Assembly (NCBI GenBank): GCA_048938855.1
Contig: JBHLLT010000002.1
Span: forward strand, 352,001-416,000
Reading direction: 5' to 3'
Length of the DNA: 64,000 bases
DNA from: Promethearchaeota archaeon
GTDB taxonomy: Archaea; Asgardarchaeota; Lokiarchaeia; Sigyniarchaeales; SOKP01
Both the position numbers and the translations under genes were made by a program. How positions within the stretch are numbered: position 1 is the stretch's first letter; each line of letters starts with the position of its first letter. The notes beneath the pieces were generated by a model. The model searched no databases and was not told where the DNA came from. It saw only the letters and a list, made by a program, of their open reading frames with translations. Of the stretch, positions 1 through 9,366 are shown one piece after another.

Positions 1-86
1 AATTAAAGAAACGTTTGACCCAAATAATATATCTGATTCTGGATTTTACATTTCACCACAAAATAAATAAAATTCTGGAAAATATC

Positions 87-503
87 ATGGAAAACACAAA
101 CCAACAAGACAACAAAGTAAGAGGTTTTGCAGTTTTAATTAAAAGTATTTTAATGCCTCTAAATGAAAACAAGAAATTTAAAGAAAGTTTTAGAAATGTT
201 AAAGCCAAAATTCTCTTAAATGCCTCGAACTTAAATTATGCGGCTATAATTAATGTTGAAAATGGTTTAGTGAGAGTCGATAGTATTCCAAATAGGCCCG
301 AAGAAAATTTAAAAAAAAAAAAGTTAGGATGGGATGGCTTTCTTGAGATGGATACTCAAACATTCCTAGCTGTTGCGATGAATCGACTCTCATTACTGGG
401 AGTTGCAAAAATGTGGTTAACAAGGAGAATTAAGATGCGTGGAATCAGAAAACTTTTGATTTTATTAAAAATGTTTAGATTTTTAACAAATTATAATAAT
501 TAG
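87..503 (+). CDS. SCP2 (sterol carrier protein 2)-like lipid-binding protein
   Basis: ORF 15..503, first ATG at 87. The C-terminal pattern 'DGFLEMDTQTFLAVAMNRLSLLGVAKMWLTRRIKMRG' resembles the SCP2 fold signature. Confidence 0.6.
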   Translation: MENTNQQDNKVRGFAVLIKSILMPLNENKKFKESFRNVKAKILLNASNLNYAAIINVENGLVRVDSIPNRPEENLKKKKLGWDGFLEMDTQTFLAVAMNRLSLLGVAKMWLTRRIKMRGIRKLLILLKMFRFLTNYNN

Positions 504-545
504 CTTTTATTTCAAGAAATTTAAGAATTTAGAAAATTGTTAATT

Positions 546-1592
546 ATGAGTGCAAAAATTATAGAAGCTTGGCTCGGACCAGGTAGAAAGGATGGTAAAA
601 TTAAACCAATCAAGCCAAAAGATGATGCATTACATATTGATATGAAAAAGAAAGGCACTAGAGAATGGTGGTATTTTGATGCTCGTCTGGATAATGGATA
701 TACTGTAGTTGGATTTTTTCGAGCAAAACACGAACGAACTGGTAAAACTGGTGTAGAGATTGCGATTTATAAACCGAATGGAGAAAAAATCCAGAAAGTA
801 ATAGATTACCCTCATTCTGATCTTATTGCTTCTCAGGATTTGCCAGAAGTTCAAATTGGAAAAAATTATATCAAAATTGATTATTCTAATAAAGAACTTC
901 CAACTTATGAAATTTTCCTTGATGAAGGTGAGTTTGGTCTTCATCTGAAATATCTTGCTCAAGTCCATGGTTGGAAACCTGGAAAGGGATATATTGAATT
1001 TGGCAAATCAAATCAATTTGGATGGGTTGTAGCTATACCTCGAGCAAATGTTGAGGGTACAATTAGGGTTAACAATGAGACTATTCAAGTAAAGGGTCTT
1101 GGATATCATGATCATAATTGGTTGAATTTTAATTTTGCAATGATAATAGACTACTGGTATTGGGGCAGAATATACTCTGATAATTATACAGCCATTTTTG
1201 CTTATATTAAATGTAATAAGAAAATGGAAAATTATCCAATTAAAGTTCTGATGTTAGCAAAAAATGAAAACGTAAATATCAGTACAGGGGAATATGAATT
1301 AATGCAAAATAATTTTGAATATAATAATAAAGCAGGAAATAAATATCCAAAATTTTTAAAATTTAAATTTAATAATCGTTATGAATTAATCCTCGAAGTT
1401 CAAGAGATTATTGATGCTGATAATTTACTCTATGAGTTGGGACCGATTACACGCTTCTTAGCGAAAAATCTACTAAAATTAAATCCTGGATATTTTCGAT
1501 TAAATTCTAAATTTCAACTTAATATTCCAATAGATGGGAAAATTTATACAGAAGAAGGTACTACACTTCACGAAATGGTAATAGCAAAATAA
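546..1592 (+). CDS. CrtC/AttH/tocopherol-cyclase-like (lipocalin-type beta-barrel) hydratase or cyclase
   Basis: Motifs EWWYFD, GYHDHNW and WYWGR; first ATG at 546. Confidence 0.7.
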   Translation: MSAKIIEAWLGPGRKDGKIKPIKPKDDALHIDMKKKGTREWWYFDARLDNGYTVVGFFRAKHERTGKTGVEIAIYKPNGEKIQKVIDYPHSDLIASQDLPEVQIGKNYIKIDYSNKELPTYEIFLDEGEFGLHLKYLAQVHGWKPGKGYIEFGKSNQFGWVVAIPRANVEGTIRVNNETIQVKGLGYHDHNWLNFNFAMIIDYWYWGRIYSDNYTAIFAYIKCNKKMENYPIKVLMLAKNENVNISTGEYELMQNNFEYNNKAGNKYPKFLKFKFNNRYELILEVQEIIDADNLLYELGPITRFLAKNLLKLNPGYFRLNSKFQLNIPIDGKIYTEEGTTLHEMVIAK

Positions 1593-1616
1593 AAAATTAG
1601 CTAATAATAAACACTT

Positions 1617-2303
1617 CTATTTTTTTTCTTCTAACGCCTTTTTTGGAAACAATCGGTTTTTCAATTTGACCGTACCTGTATCCATGTCATATTCCACTAA
1701 TCCTACTTTAGCTAATTCCTGTATTGAATGTAATACAAATGCACCACCAATCCCTAATGTTGTTTTTAATTCTTCTCTAGACATTACTTCTTTATCTCCA
1801 TGTAATGTAAGAAGGATCCTGTAATGAGCTTGCCCCGCCCATATTTCAGAAACTAGTACTGTATATATGGAAAGTAAAGCGCGAACCCTATCAAAATTAT
1901 ATTCTGCTTCTTCGGCTTCTTCCGCAACTTTCATAAATTTAGATAATTCAACTTTAACTTTTTGATATTCATCTAATAATTTTAATTGTTCTTCTGTTAA
2001 TGAACCTATTTTTTGATCTCTTTCTTGCTTTTCTAATTCAAGTTTTTTCGTTGCTTCTTCCAAATTAATTTTCTCTCCCTGTAAATTTTGTTTCTCGCTT
2101 TCTAATTTGGTTTTTTCTTCTTCCAGTAGCCTTTTTTCATTTTCAAGCGTTCTTTTTTCTTTACTTAATGCTTCTTTATCACTTTCAAGTTTTATCAATG
2201 CTGTTCTCGATGTCTCCAAGACTTCAATAAAATCCTTAAAACTTGATTCAGCAGCTCGGATTGTTTCATCAAGAATGTCCAAAGTTTTTTTATTATCAGA
2301 CAT
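1617..2303 (-). CDS. Coiled-coil protein with C-terminal winged-helix-like domain
   Basis: Long heptad run (LExEK repeats), then 'HYRILLTLHGDKEVMSREELKTTLGIGGAFVLHSIQELAKVGLVEYD', a wHTH pattern. ATG at 2303; ORF track starts at 2312. Confidence 0.65.
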   Translation of the reverse strand: MSDNKKTLDILDETIRAAESSFKDFIEVLETSRTALIKLESDKEALSKEKRTLENEKRLLEEEKTKLESEKQNLQGEKINLEEATKKLELEKQERDQKIGSLTEEQLKLLDEYQKVKVELSKFMKVAEEAEEAEYNFDRVRALLSIYTVLVSEIWAGQAHYRILLTLHGDKEVMSREELKTTLGIGGAFVLHSIQELAKVGLVEYDMDTGTVKLKNRLFPKKALEEKK

Positions 2304-2370
2304 TAGAATCACAATTTATTTTATTCAATTATTTTTATTATATTTATTCTATTAAAAAAATTTATCAAAT

Positions 2371-3585
2371 ATGGCAGAAGAAGAAAAACCTTCTCAAGCT
2401 ATTAAACTTATATTAGGAGTTACAGTTCCAATCTTTATAATGGGACTTGTATCATTTTTTACTGATATTTCAAGTGAAATGATTCAAAGCATATTACCCT
2501 ATTTTATTTATGATGTTGGCGGAACTGCATTAACACTAGGATTAATTACTGGCTTTACAACCGCAATAGCAAATATATTCAAAGGAATTTCTGGATGGAT
2601 AAGCGATAGAATTAATAAAAGAAAGCCTTTTGTTGTTGCAGGTTATTCAATATCAAATATTTCTAAACCATTCATGGCATTTAGTCCTTCTTGGGGATTT
2701 ATATTAGGATTAAAATCTATTGATCGCTTTGGTAAAGGACTTAGGACATCTTCTAGAGATACATTAATATCTTATTATGCTAGAGAACAAGGAAAATCGT
2801 TTGGAGTGCATAGGGCTATGGACACTTTAGGTGCTGTTCTGGGTTCTTTTTTAGCGTTTTTATTTTTATTTTTGAGTTGGTCTTATTCTCAAATAATTTT
2901 TTTCTCGATAATCCCCGGTTTTCTAGCAATAATTCTAATCCTATCTATAAAAGATGTAAATCCAAACGAGTTAGAAAAAAAGCTTAGAAAAGTTGATGAA
3001 AAACCAAAAGTGGAAAAGCTGAGCAAAAATTTTATTAAATTAATTATTATCTTAGGAGTTATTGAATTTGCTAGTTTGGATATTGCCTTTCTTCAAATTA
3101 GAGCTGGATCGTTTATCAATGTGTTGTTCTTCATACCAATATTGTATATGTTAAGCAATATTGTTTATACAATATTTTCTCCTATTACAGGAATATTATC
3201 TGATAGAATCGGGAGAAAAAAAGTGATAGATATTGGGTTAATTATTCTTCTTGTCTCATGTGTTATTTTAGCAATTCCAGTAGATTTTTCTCTCTTTTCA
3301 TTTATTATCATTATCATCATATTTGCAATGTATGGCTTTTACCAAGCTTCTGTAGATCCAATATCGAGAGCTTACATTGCTGACTTAGCAGGTAAAAAAA
3401 AACGAGGTCGGGCTTATGGTTACTATTATCTCTCTGTGGGAATTATATCTTTATCAGAGTCTCTAATTTTTGGGTTTATATATGATTTATCCCCTACTTG
3501 GGCTTTTACCTATATTTCAATCCTCCTATCAATATGCATTATTATATTTACTATCACCGATTTTACTAAGATTCTTAAGAATTGA
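2371..3585 (+). CDS. MFS transporter
   Basis: About 12 hydrophobic segments; motif A in both halves (GWISDRINKRK, GILSDRIGRKK); TDISSEMI. Confidence 0.9.
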   Translation: MAEEEKPSQAIKLILGVTVPIFIMGLVSFFTDISSEMIQSILPYFIYDVGGTALTLGLITGFTTAIANIFKGISGWISDRINKRKPFVVAGYSISNISKPFMAFSPSWGFILGLKSIDRFGKGLRTSSRDTLISYYAREQGKSFGVHRAMDTLGAVLGSFLAFLFLFLSWSYSQIIFFSIIPGFLAIILILSIKDVNPNELEKKLRKVDEKPKVEKLSKNFIKLIIILGVIEFASLDIAFLQIRAGSFINVLFFIPILYMLSNIVYTIFSPITGILSDRIGRKKVIDIGLIILLVSCVILAIPVDFSLFSFIIIIIIFAMYGFYQASVDPISRAYIADLAGKKKRGRAYGYYYLSVGIISLSESLIFGFIYDLSPTWAFTYISILLSICIIIFTITDFTKILKN

Positions 3586-3666
3586 TTTTGATATCAAGAT
3601 TTCCTAAATACTTCACCTAAACAGTTAAATAAATTTGATTATTGATTGTTTTTGGTGAAATAACAA

Positions 3667-4449
3667 ATGAAAGAAAATTATTGTCTTACTTCTAAAGATG
3701 TAATTCAATCAGCTATGGCTACCAGTAATAAAACTATGAAAGACTTTGAAGTCGATCCAATATTAATCATTCTTTTCTCTGGTGGCTTATTGAATTATCT
3801 AAAAGAAATCATTAATCTAAAAGAATCAGAGTGGTTATTACAATACCATCCTTACGGTGGTGGGGAACTATATCGAGGTAAATATGAAGATATTTCCCTT
3901 TCTGTACTATTACCACCAATGGGTGCTTCAATAATGGCCTCAAATGCAGAGGATTTGATCTATTGTGGAGCTAAAACAATTCTTCTTGTTTGTGGTTCGT
4001 GGGGTATAGGTGAAAAAGTAAAATTGTTCGATTACATTATTCCTACGCACGGTTTTGGATTAGATGGAACATCCTTACATTATGGAAGAAAGTTAAATGA
4101 AGAAGTTGAAATAAATAAAGAAATTGTTAACATATTCACTGAGGAGACAAAAAAAAAAGCTGATAATTATCATTTAGGAAAAAATTATAGTAAGGAGGCG
4201 TTCTATCGCATAAATAAACAAGAAATATTTGAATTACGGAAAAAGGGATGTGTCTCAATGGAAAATGGAGAGCTTAATGTATTAGCTACTATATGCAATA
4301 ACTATGACATTAAATTTGGGGCGATTTTTTATAGTTATTATAATCCAGTTGACGGCTGGAATATTTCTTGGAAAGATGATATGTATAAAAATTGTGTTAA
4401 CCTAGAAGGAGAAATTGCATTAGCTACCATAAAAAGACTGATAAAATAA
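3667..4449 (+). CDS. Nucleoside phosphorylase family protein (PNP/UDP type)
   Basis: PMGAS...EDLIYCGAK, DGTS-HY and SMEN motifs, all divergent. Confidence 0.7.
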   Translation: MKENYCLTSKDVIQSAMATSNKTMKDFEVDPILIILFSGGLLNYLKEIINLKESEWLLQYHPYGGGELYRGKYEDISLSVLLPPMGASIMASNAEDLIYCGAKTILLVCGSWGIGEKVKLFDYIIPTHGFGLDGTSLHYGRKLNEEVEINKEIVNIFTEETKKKADNYHLGKNYSKEAFYRINKQEIFELRKKGCVSMENGELNVLATICNNYDIKFGAIFYSYYNPVDGWNISWKDDMYKNCVNLEGEIALATIKRLIK

Positions 4450-4469
4450 AAAAGTAAAGAATTCTTCGA

Positions 4470-5726
4470 TTATTGAGTCCAGAGATCAGCTAAGTATATT
4501 AAAACTTCAGACGCTTTTTGTAAAGCTATAGTTGGGATGTACTCTTTTCTAGAATGAAATAATAAACCTCCAGAAAAAATGTTCGGTGTTGGAATTCCTT
4601 TAGCACTCAACCGGGCTCCATCCGTTCCTCCTCTTATTGGATGATTTATCACATCTAATCCCGCTTTTTCGATTGCTTGTTTTGCTAAATCAACAACTAC
4701 TGGTTTTTTTTCTAAATATGTATACATATTTTGATATTGATGTCTATAATCAATTTCAATCTTTAATCCAGGATAACGAATCTCATAAGCTTTCTTTAGA
4801 TTATTTAAATATTCAATCCGTCTTTTGTTGTTTTCTTCTTTAAAATCTCTAATTAACATTCTGGAGGTGGCTTCCTCTGCTTTTCCCTGTAATTTAGTTA
4901 AATGAAAAAATCCTTCTCTCTCTTCAGTATGTTCAGGTGATTCAGATTCAGGAAGTTCACTGAAGAATCTAGTAGCAATTTGTATTGCATTGATCATCTT
5001 ATTCTTTGCATGTCCAGGATGAACACTTAATCCTATAAATTTAGTTTGAGCTAACCACGCATCAAAACATTCAAATTCTAATTCACCCATTTCACCACCA
5101 TCAATAGTATAGCAAATTTTAGGAAGTTTTTTCAAATCAGCCTTATCAATTCCTAATCCAGTCTCTTCATCTGTAGTGAAGCAGATTACTATTGGGCCAT
5201 GTTTTAATTCATCGAATTTTTTCCATGCGGCGCAGGCAGCCATAATTTCAGCTACTCCTGCTTTATCATCTGCTCCTAATAAAGTGTCTCCCTCAGATGT
5301 AATTATATCAAGACCTACGTATTCTTCTAAATTGGGAGAATCTTCAGTACTTAGGACTAAATCCTTATTTTGAGAATATTTAATCTCTTTACCATCATAA
5401 TTTTCGTGAATTATAGGTTTTACATCTTTTCCGTTTACTGCTGATGACGTATCAACATGAGCTAATAAACCAATAGGTTTCACTTTTTCAAAACCTTTAC
5501 TTGCTGGCAAAAAAGCATAAACAAAACCATATTCATCATGGATTATATCTTTAAGGTTTAATTGTTTTAATTCCTCTACCAAAAGCTTTCCAAGATCAAA
5601 TTGAACTTTTGTGGAGGGAACAGTCTCTATTGTCTCATCTGAAGTAGTCCAGACTTTTACATACCTTAAAAATCGTTCTAAAGCTTCATCTAATAAAAAT
5701 TCTTGTATCTCTTTTGATAGTTCCAT
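4470..5726 (-). CDS. pepT: Peptidase T (M20B tripeptidase)
   Basis: AHVDT, LLGADDKAG, DEE, IRGGTDG and PTPNIF motifs. Confidence 0.95.
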   Translation of the reverse strand: MELSKEIQEFLLDEALERFLRYVKVWTTSDETIETVPSTKVQFDLGKLLVEELKQLNLKDIIHDEYGFVYAFLPASKGFEKVKPIGLLAHVDTSSAVNGKDVKPIIHENYDGKEIKYSQNKDLVLSTEDSPNLEEYVGLDIITSEGDTLLGADDKAGVAEIMAACAAWKKFDELKHGPIVICFTTDEETGLGIDKADLKKLPKICYTIDGGEMGELEFECFDAWLAQTKFIGLSVHPGHAKNKMINAIQIATRFFSELPESESPEHTEEREGFFHLTKLQGKAEEATSRMLIRDFKEENNKRRIEYLNNLKKAYEIRYPGLKIEIDYRHQYQNMYTYLEKKPVVVDLAKQAIEKAGLDVINHPIRGGTDGARLSAKGIPTPNIFSGGLLFHSRKEYIPTIALQKASEVLIYLADLWTQ

Positions 5727-5785
5727 ATCAATGAAAATTAATCTTAAATTTTAAATTTGAACAAAATATCAAAAAAAAAAAACTA

Positions 5786-6583
5786 TCATTTGCCCTTGAA
5801 TCTTGGTTTTCTTTTTTTCATAAATGATCTCATTCCTTCGCCAAAATCATAAGTTTTTATATTTTTACAGTATAATTTAAATTCATTTTGTAATGAAGGA
5901 AATAACTCATTAATTTGTGAAAAATTTAGCATAGCTTTATTATATCCAAGACATTTAGTTGGCAAATTTGCTAACTCTTTTACAAACTCCAAAGATTTTT
6001 GTTTAAATTCTTCATTGGGGTATACTTGGCTTACTAATCCGATCTCTAAAGCTTCTTTTGCATCAAGATGTCTTCCAGTTAAGATTATCTCTGTTGCCCG
6101 TCCAAAACCAACAATCTTTGGAAGAAACCAAGTCGCTCCACTTAACACACAATGAGCTCTACTTGTTCGATGATCTCCAATCTTCAAACTTTCAGCTGCT
6201 AATCGAAAATCACAAGCGAGAGCAATATCAAAACCTGCCCCTAAACAATATCCATGTAATAAGGCTACAACTGGTTTTTCTATTTCTCGTATTAAACGAA
6301 CAAGTCGATGATGTGGCATTTGAGATCCATCTTCTAAAGGTGAGAATTTAACTCCTTCTGGCCCCATACTTTTCATGTCATCACCAGAACAGAAACTACT
6401 GCCACTTCCTTCAACCATTATTGCTCGAATCGATTTATCCTTCTTGGCATTTTCCAAAACATCCACAATTTCCATTAGTAAAGGATATTGTAATGCATTC
6501 AATTTATCTGGACGGTTAAGTGTAATACTACAAATTCCATCTTCAAGTTTTAATATGATGTGTTCAAAATCCTTGTCTAACAT
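5786..6583 (-). CDS. Enoyl-CoA hydratase/isomerase family protein
   Basis: LNRPDKLNAL, FCSGDD, GYCLGAGFDIALACD motifs. Confidence 0.9.
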   Translation of the reverse strand: MLDKDFEHIILKLEDGICSITLNRPDKLNALQYPLLMEIVDVLENAKKDKSIRAIMVEGSGSSFCSGDDMKSMGPEGVKFSPLEDGSQMPHHRLVRLIREIEKPVVALLHGYCLGAGFDIALACDFRLAAESLKIGDHRTSRAHCVLSGATWFLPKIVGFGRATEIILTGRHLDAKEALEIGLVSQVYPNEEFKQKSLEFVKELANLPTKCLGYNKAMLNFSQINELFPSLQNEFKLYCKNIKTYDFGEGMRSFMKKRKPRFKGK

Positions 6584-6710
6584 GATGATACAATCCTAAT
6601 TATCTAAATATTAGATTGAATAATTTAAAGTTAACTTATGATTAAAAGGATATAAATGAAATTAATATAATATTTATAGGTTTAAATTAAAAATAAAAAT
6701 TGTAAATTAT

Positions 6711-7373
6711 CTACCAAATTTCAAACTTTTCATCAAGTCTAGTAGAGAAAACTAATAAATATGGAATTAATAGATCTAAAGCACTCTGCCAAGCATTGAT
6801 CAAAGGCGCACCAATCAATATTGCCATCATACCTGTTATTTGAGGTAACCCTAAGAATTCCAAAGTAATCATATCAGCATAAACTGAGAAGACTGTTAAA
6901 TATGCAATAATATTCAAAACTTCCATAACACTAATACGAAGAACAGTACCTATTAAGCCATAAATGACGTAATTTTTTGGTACTTTCAATTTTTTACTAT
7001 TTAATTGTCCAGGTTCTCTTTTATATAATTTTAAAAATAGAATTGGAATAATTATTAAAGAAATCGTAGCAGCGAATTTCATTGAAGGTCCAATCCATCC
7101 TGTAGAATCAAAAGGCATTAATCCAACAGTTCCAACAGCGCTACACAAAATACCCGCTTTTACTCCAAATATTAATAAACAAGCAATCCATATGATTGAA
7201 ATTGGATCTACAATTGCAATAAACCATCCCGGGATTCTTGGTATATTTGGAGCAAGGAATGCCCCTACAACTACAGATAAAGCTCCAAAAATAGCAGCTC
7301 CAGCTATTTGTATCAACAATTGTGAAGAACTACTCCTTATTGCTTCTTTTTCTCCAGGTCTTATTTCAGACAT
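6711..7373 (-). CDS. ECF transporter S-component (RibU-like)
   Basis: 5-6 TM segments; N-terminal 'AAIFGALSVV' and 'VDPISIIW...LIFG' fit S-components. ATG at 7373. Confidence 0.6.
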   Translation of the reverse strand: MSEIRPGEKEAIRSSSSQLLIQIAGAAIFGALSVVVGAFLAPNIPRIPGWFIAIVDPISIIWIACLLIFGVKAGILCSAVGTVGLMPFDSTGWIGPSMKFAATISLIIIPILFLKLYKREPGQLNSKKLKVPKNYVIYGLIGTVLRISVMEVLNIIAYLTVFSVYADMITLEFLGLPQITGMMAILIGAPLINAWQSALDLLIPYLLVFSTRLDEKFEIW

Positions 7374-7464
7374 CTTAAATATCAAAATCTTTATTCAATA
7401 TTCTAATCTTATTAGGTAGATTAGGTTTTAATATTTAAATTGTTTTAGTTGAATCATAACTTTT

Positions 7465-7495
7465 ATGTGTACACATGTCATTTTGAGTGTGTACA
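7465..7495. promoter_or_regulatory. Candidate tandem operator upstream of the ECF S-component gene
   Basis: Perfect palindrome ATGTGTACACAT at 7465-7476 and a second TGTGTACA at 7488-7495; the GTAC centres are 22 bp apart. Confidence 0.5.
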
Positions 7496-7632
7496 GAAAT
7501 TTGAAAGTTATTAAGCTATTAAATCGATCTATAGGAATATCTATTTAATTTAGAGAAAAATTATAATTAATTCTGTCCACTAACTTACATTTTTTAATTA
7601 ATGATCTACTCATTTTTGGAGATGAAAAATCC

Positions 7633-8817
7633 TTAAGAAAATTTCTTTCCTAATCCTCTGTAAGTATAATATTTATCTATAAATGTACCTTTTGAATAAA
7701 TATTTACGTCATTAAAATGTTCTAATGGTTCACCTGCTTTTCCAAATCTACAAAAAATTGGATCACCAAGATCAATAGTTATTTTTTTTGGATCAAACTT
7801 AAGAGGTGTTTGAACTTCTCCAAATTCTTCATTTTTAAATGGCTTTAGGTTATTAGGTTTAATTACAATGGGGTGAGCTCTTACCGAACCAGAACTGACG
7901 TAACCCCCAGAAAAACACGTTATAATATTATCTTTTGGCTTTCTAACAACTTGAAGTACAAAAAAAAGAGAAGGAATAAACTCTTGAAGAGATATAATTG
8001 AATCGAAGATATGAGATTTAAAGAGTAAAGATCCGATACCAATTTCTGTTATTGAGGGTTCATTAGCAGTTTCTTGAAAACATCCAGAACCGCCTCCATT
8101 CACTACTTCAGGTTCTAATCCTTCTGAGATTAAATTATTCACTACTTTTTCTCTTAATTCATTTACATGCATTCGTGAACGCTTTTTAATCCATCGTATA
8201 AATACACTGGTATCCCCTAGACTTGCATTTTGAGCTTCGTAACCCATAATCCCTTTGTACTTTAAGTTTTTACATTTCTCAATATCTCTCGCGAGTTTAA
8301 TTATATCTTCAGAGGTTCTTAAAGGACTTCTCAGAACTCCAACATTTTGTCCTAAAAAATGATCTGCTACATCCAATTCAATTAGTATATTAAACTCTAC
8401 ATCGTGTCTTATTGCTGCCTTTTCCAATTGGTTTATATGATATTTAGAATCTATCATGACAGATATCTCTACTCCTTCTATTGAAGCGGCTCTACATAGT
8501 TCTTCAATATCAATAGGAGAGATAGTAGGATAACCTAATAATATATCTCTTATTTTGTAATTTTCAGCAAAAAACAATGTTTCAGCGGAATTATAAGTAA
8601 ATATACCATTAACAAAATCTTTTTCTTCTACAATTTTTATCAATTCTGGCACACGTACTGATTTAGTACATAATCGCATACTCTTTTTTGATGTTCTTAA
8701 AAATTCTCCAACTCTTTCCAAGTTTTGGTTAAAAGCATCAATATCACATATGACTAATGGAAATTTACAATTTTTTACTAAATCTTTTAAATCCTCATAA
8801 GATGATGAAAAAAACAT
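7633..8817 (-). CDS. Type III PLP enzyme (alanine racemase-like, DSD1/D-threonine aldolase family)
   Basis: RLCTKSVR (PLP lysine), GIMGYEAQ, NGGGSG and GEVQTP motifs. Confidence 0.85.
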   Translation of the reverse strand: MFFSSSYEDLKDLVKNCKFPLVICDIDAFNQNLERVGEFLRTSKKSMRLCTKSVRVPELIKIVEEKDFVNGIFTYNSAETLFFAENYKIRDILLGYPTISPIDIEELCRAASIEGVEISVMIDSKYHINQLEKAAIRHDVEFNILIELDVADHFLGQNVGVLRSPLRTSEDIIKLARDIEKCKNLKYKGIMGYEAQNASLGDTSVFIRWIKKRSRMHVNELREKVVNNLISEGLEPEVVNGGGSGCFQETANEPSITEIGIGSLLFKSHIFDSIISLQEFIPSLFFVLQVVRKPKDNIITCFSGGYVSSGSVRAHPIVIKPNNLKPFKNEEFGEVQTPLKFDPKKITIDLGDPIFCRFGKAGEPLEHFNDVNIYSKGTFIDKYYTYRGLGKKFS

Positions 8818-8960
8818 TTATAATCTACTTCTTTTTTGAGATTATTTTGTATTTATAATTTTTCTTCTTTTAACTCTAGTTTTAGCAAATATCACATAAC
8901 TTTTTTTTTTCATTAATTAGAAATAATTTTTTAATTACTACTATAGTATTGGTGCTTATC

Positions 8961-9353
8961 ATGGTAGAGAAAATAAAATTTAAGTTAACAGCAGAGAAAG
9001 AGCTAGAAGAAGAATATTATAATGTTAAACTTTCACCAGAACAAGAGAGAAGCATTAAAATTTTATCAGAAATATTAGCAAAACAATTACCATTATCATC
9101 AATGGCTATTCAGGGGAATGCGAGATTTACTATGAGAGATTGGCAACAAAAGAATCATGAAATAGCTGCAAATATTTCTAAAATGCCAATGGAAAAAAAA
9201 CTTAAAGTTGCTAAAGAAATCACAGACTATGGTAAAGAAAGGATGAAAAAACTTTTAGCTTTTCCAGAAAAGCATAAAGAACTCATAGATAAGGCTTATG
9301 ATGAAGCTTGGCAAATATATGTTGAGCAGCTTTCAAAATATCAAGCTAGCTAA
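8961..9353 (+). CDS. Hypothetical helical protein
   Basis: Clean ORF filling the gap between genes; ATG at 8961. Confidence 0.6.
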   Translation: MVEKIKFKLTAEKELEEEYYNVKLSPEQERSIKILSEILAKQLPLSSMAIQGNARFTMRDWQQKNHEIAANISKMPMEKKLKVAKEITDYGKERMKKLLAFPEKHKELIDKAYDEAWQIYVEQLSKYQAS

Positions 9354-9366
9354 CTTTGTTTGTATC

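Noticed and set aside
311-322. Run of 12 A residues in the SCP2-like gene as a phase-variation site
   Set aside because: The frame is intact and encodes poly-Lys; long A runs are common throughout this AT-rich window.
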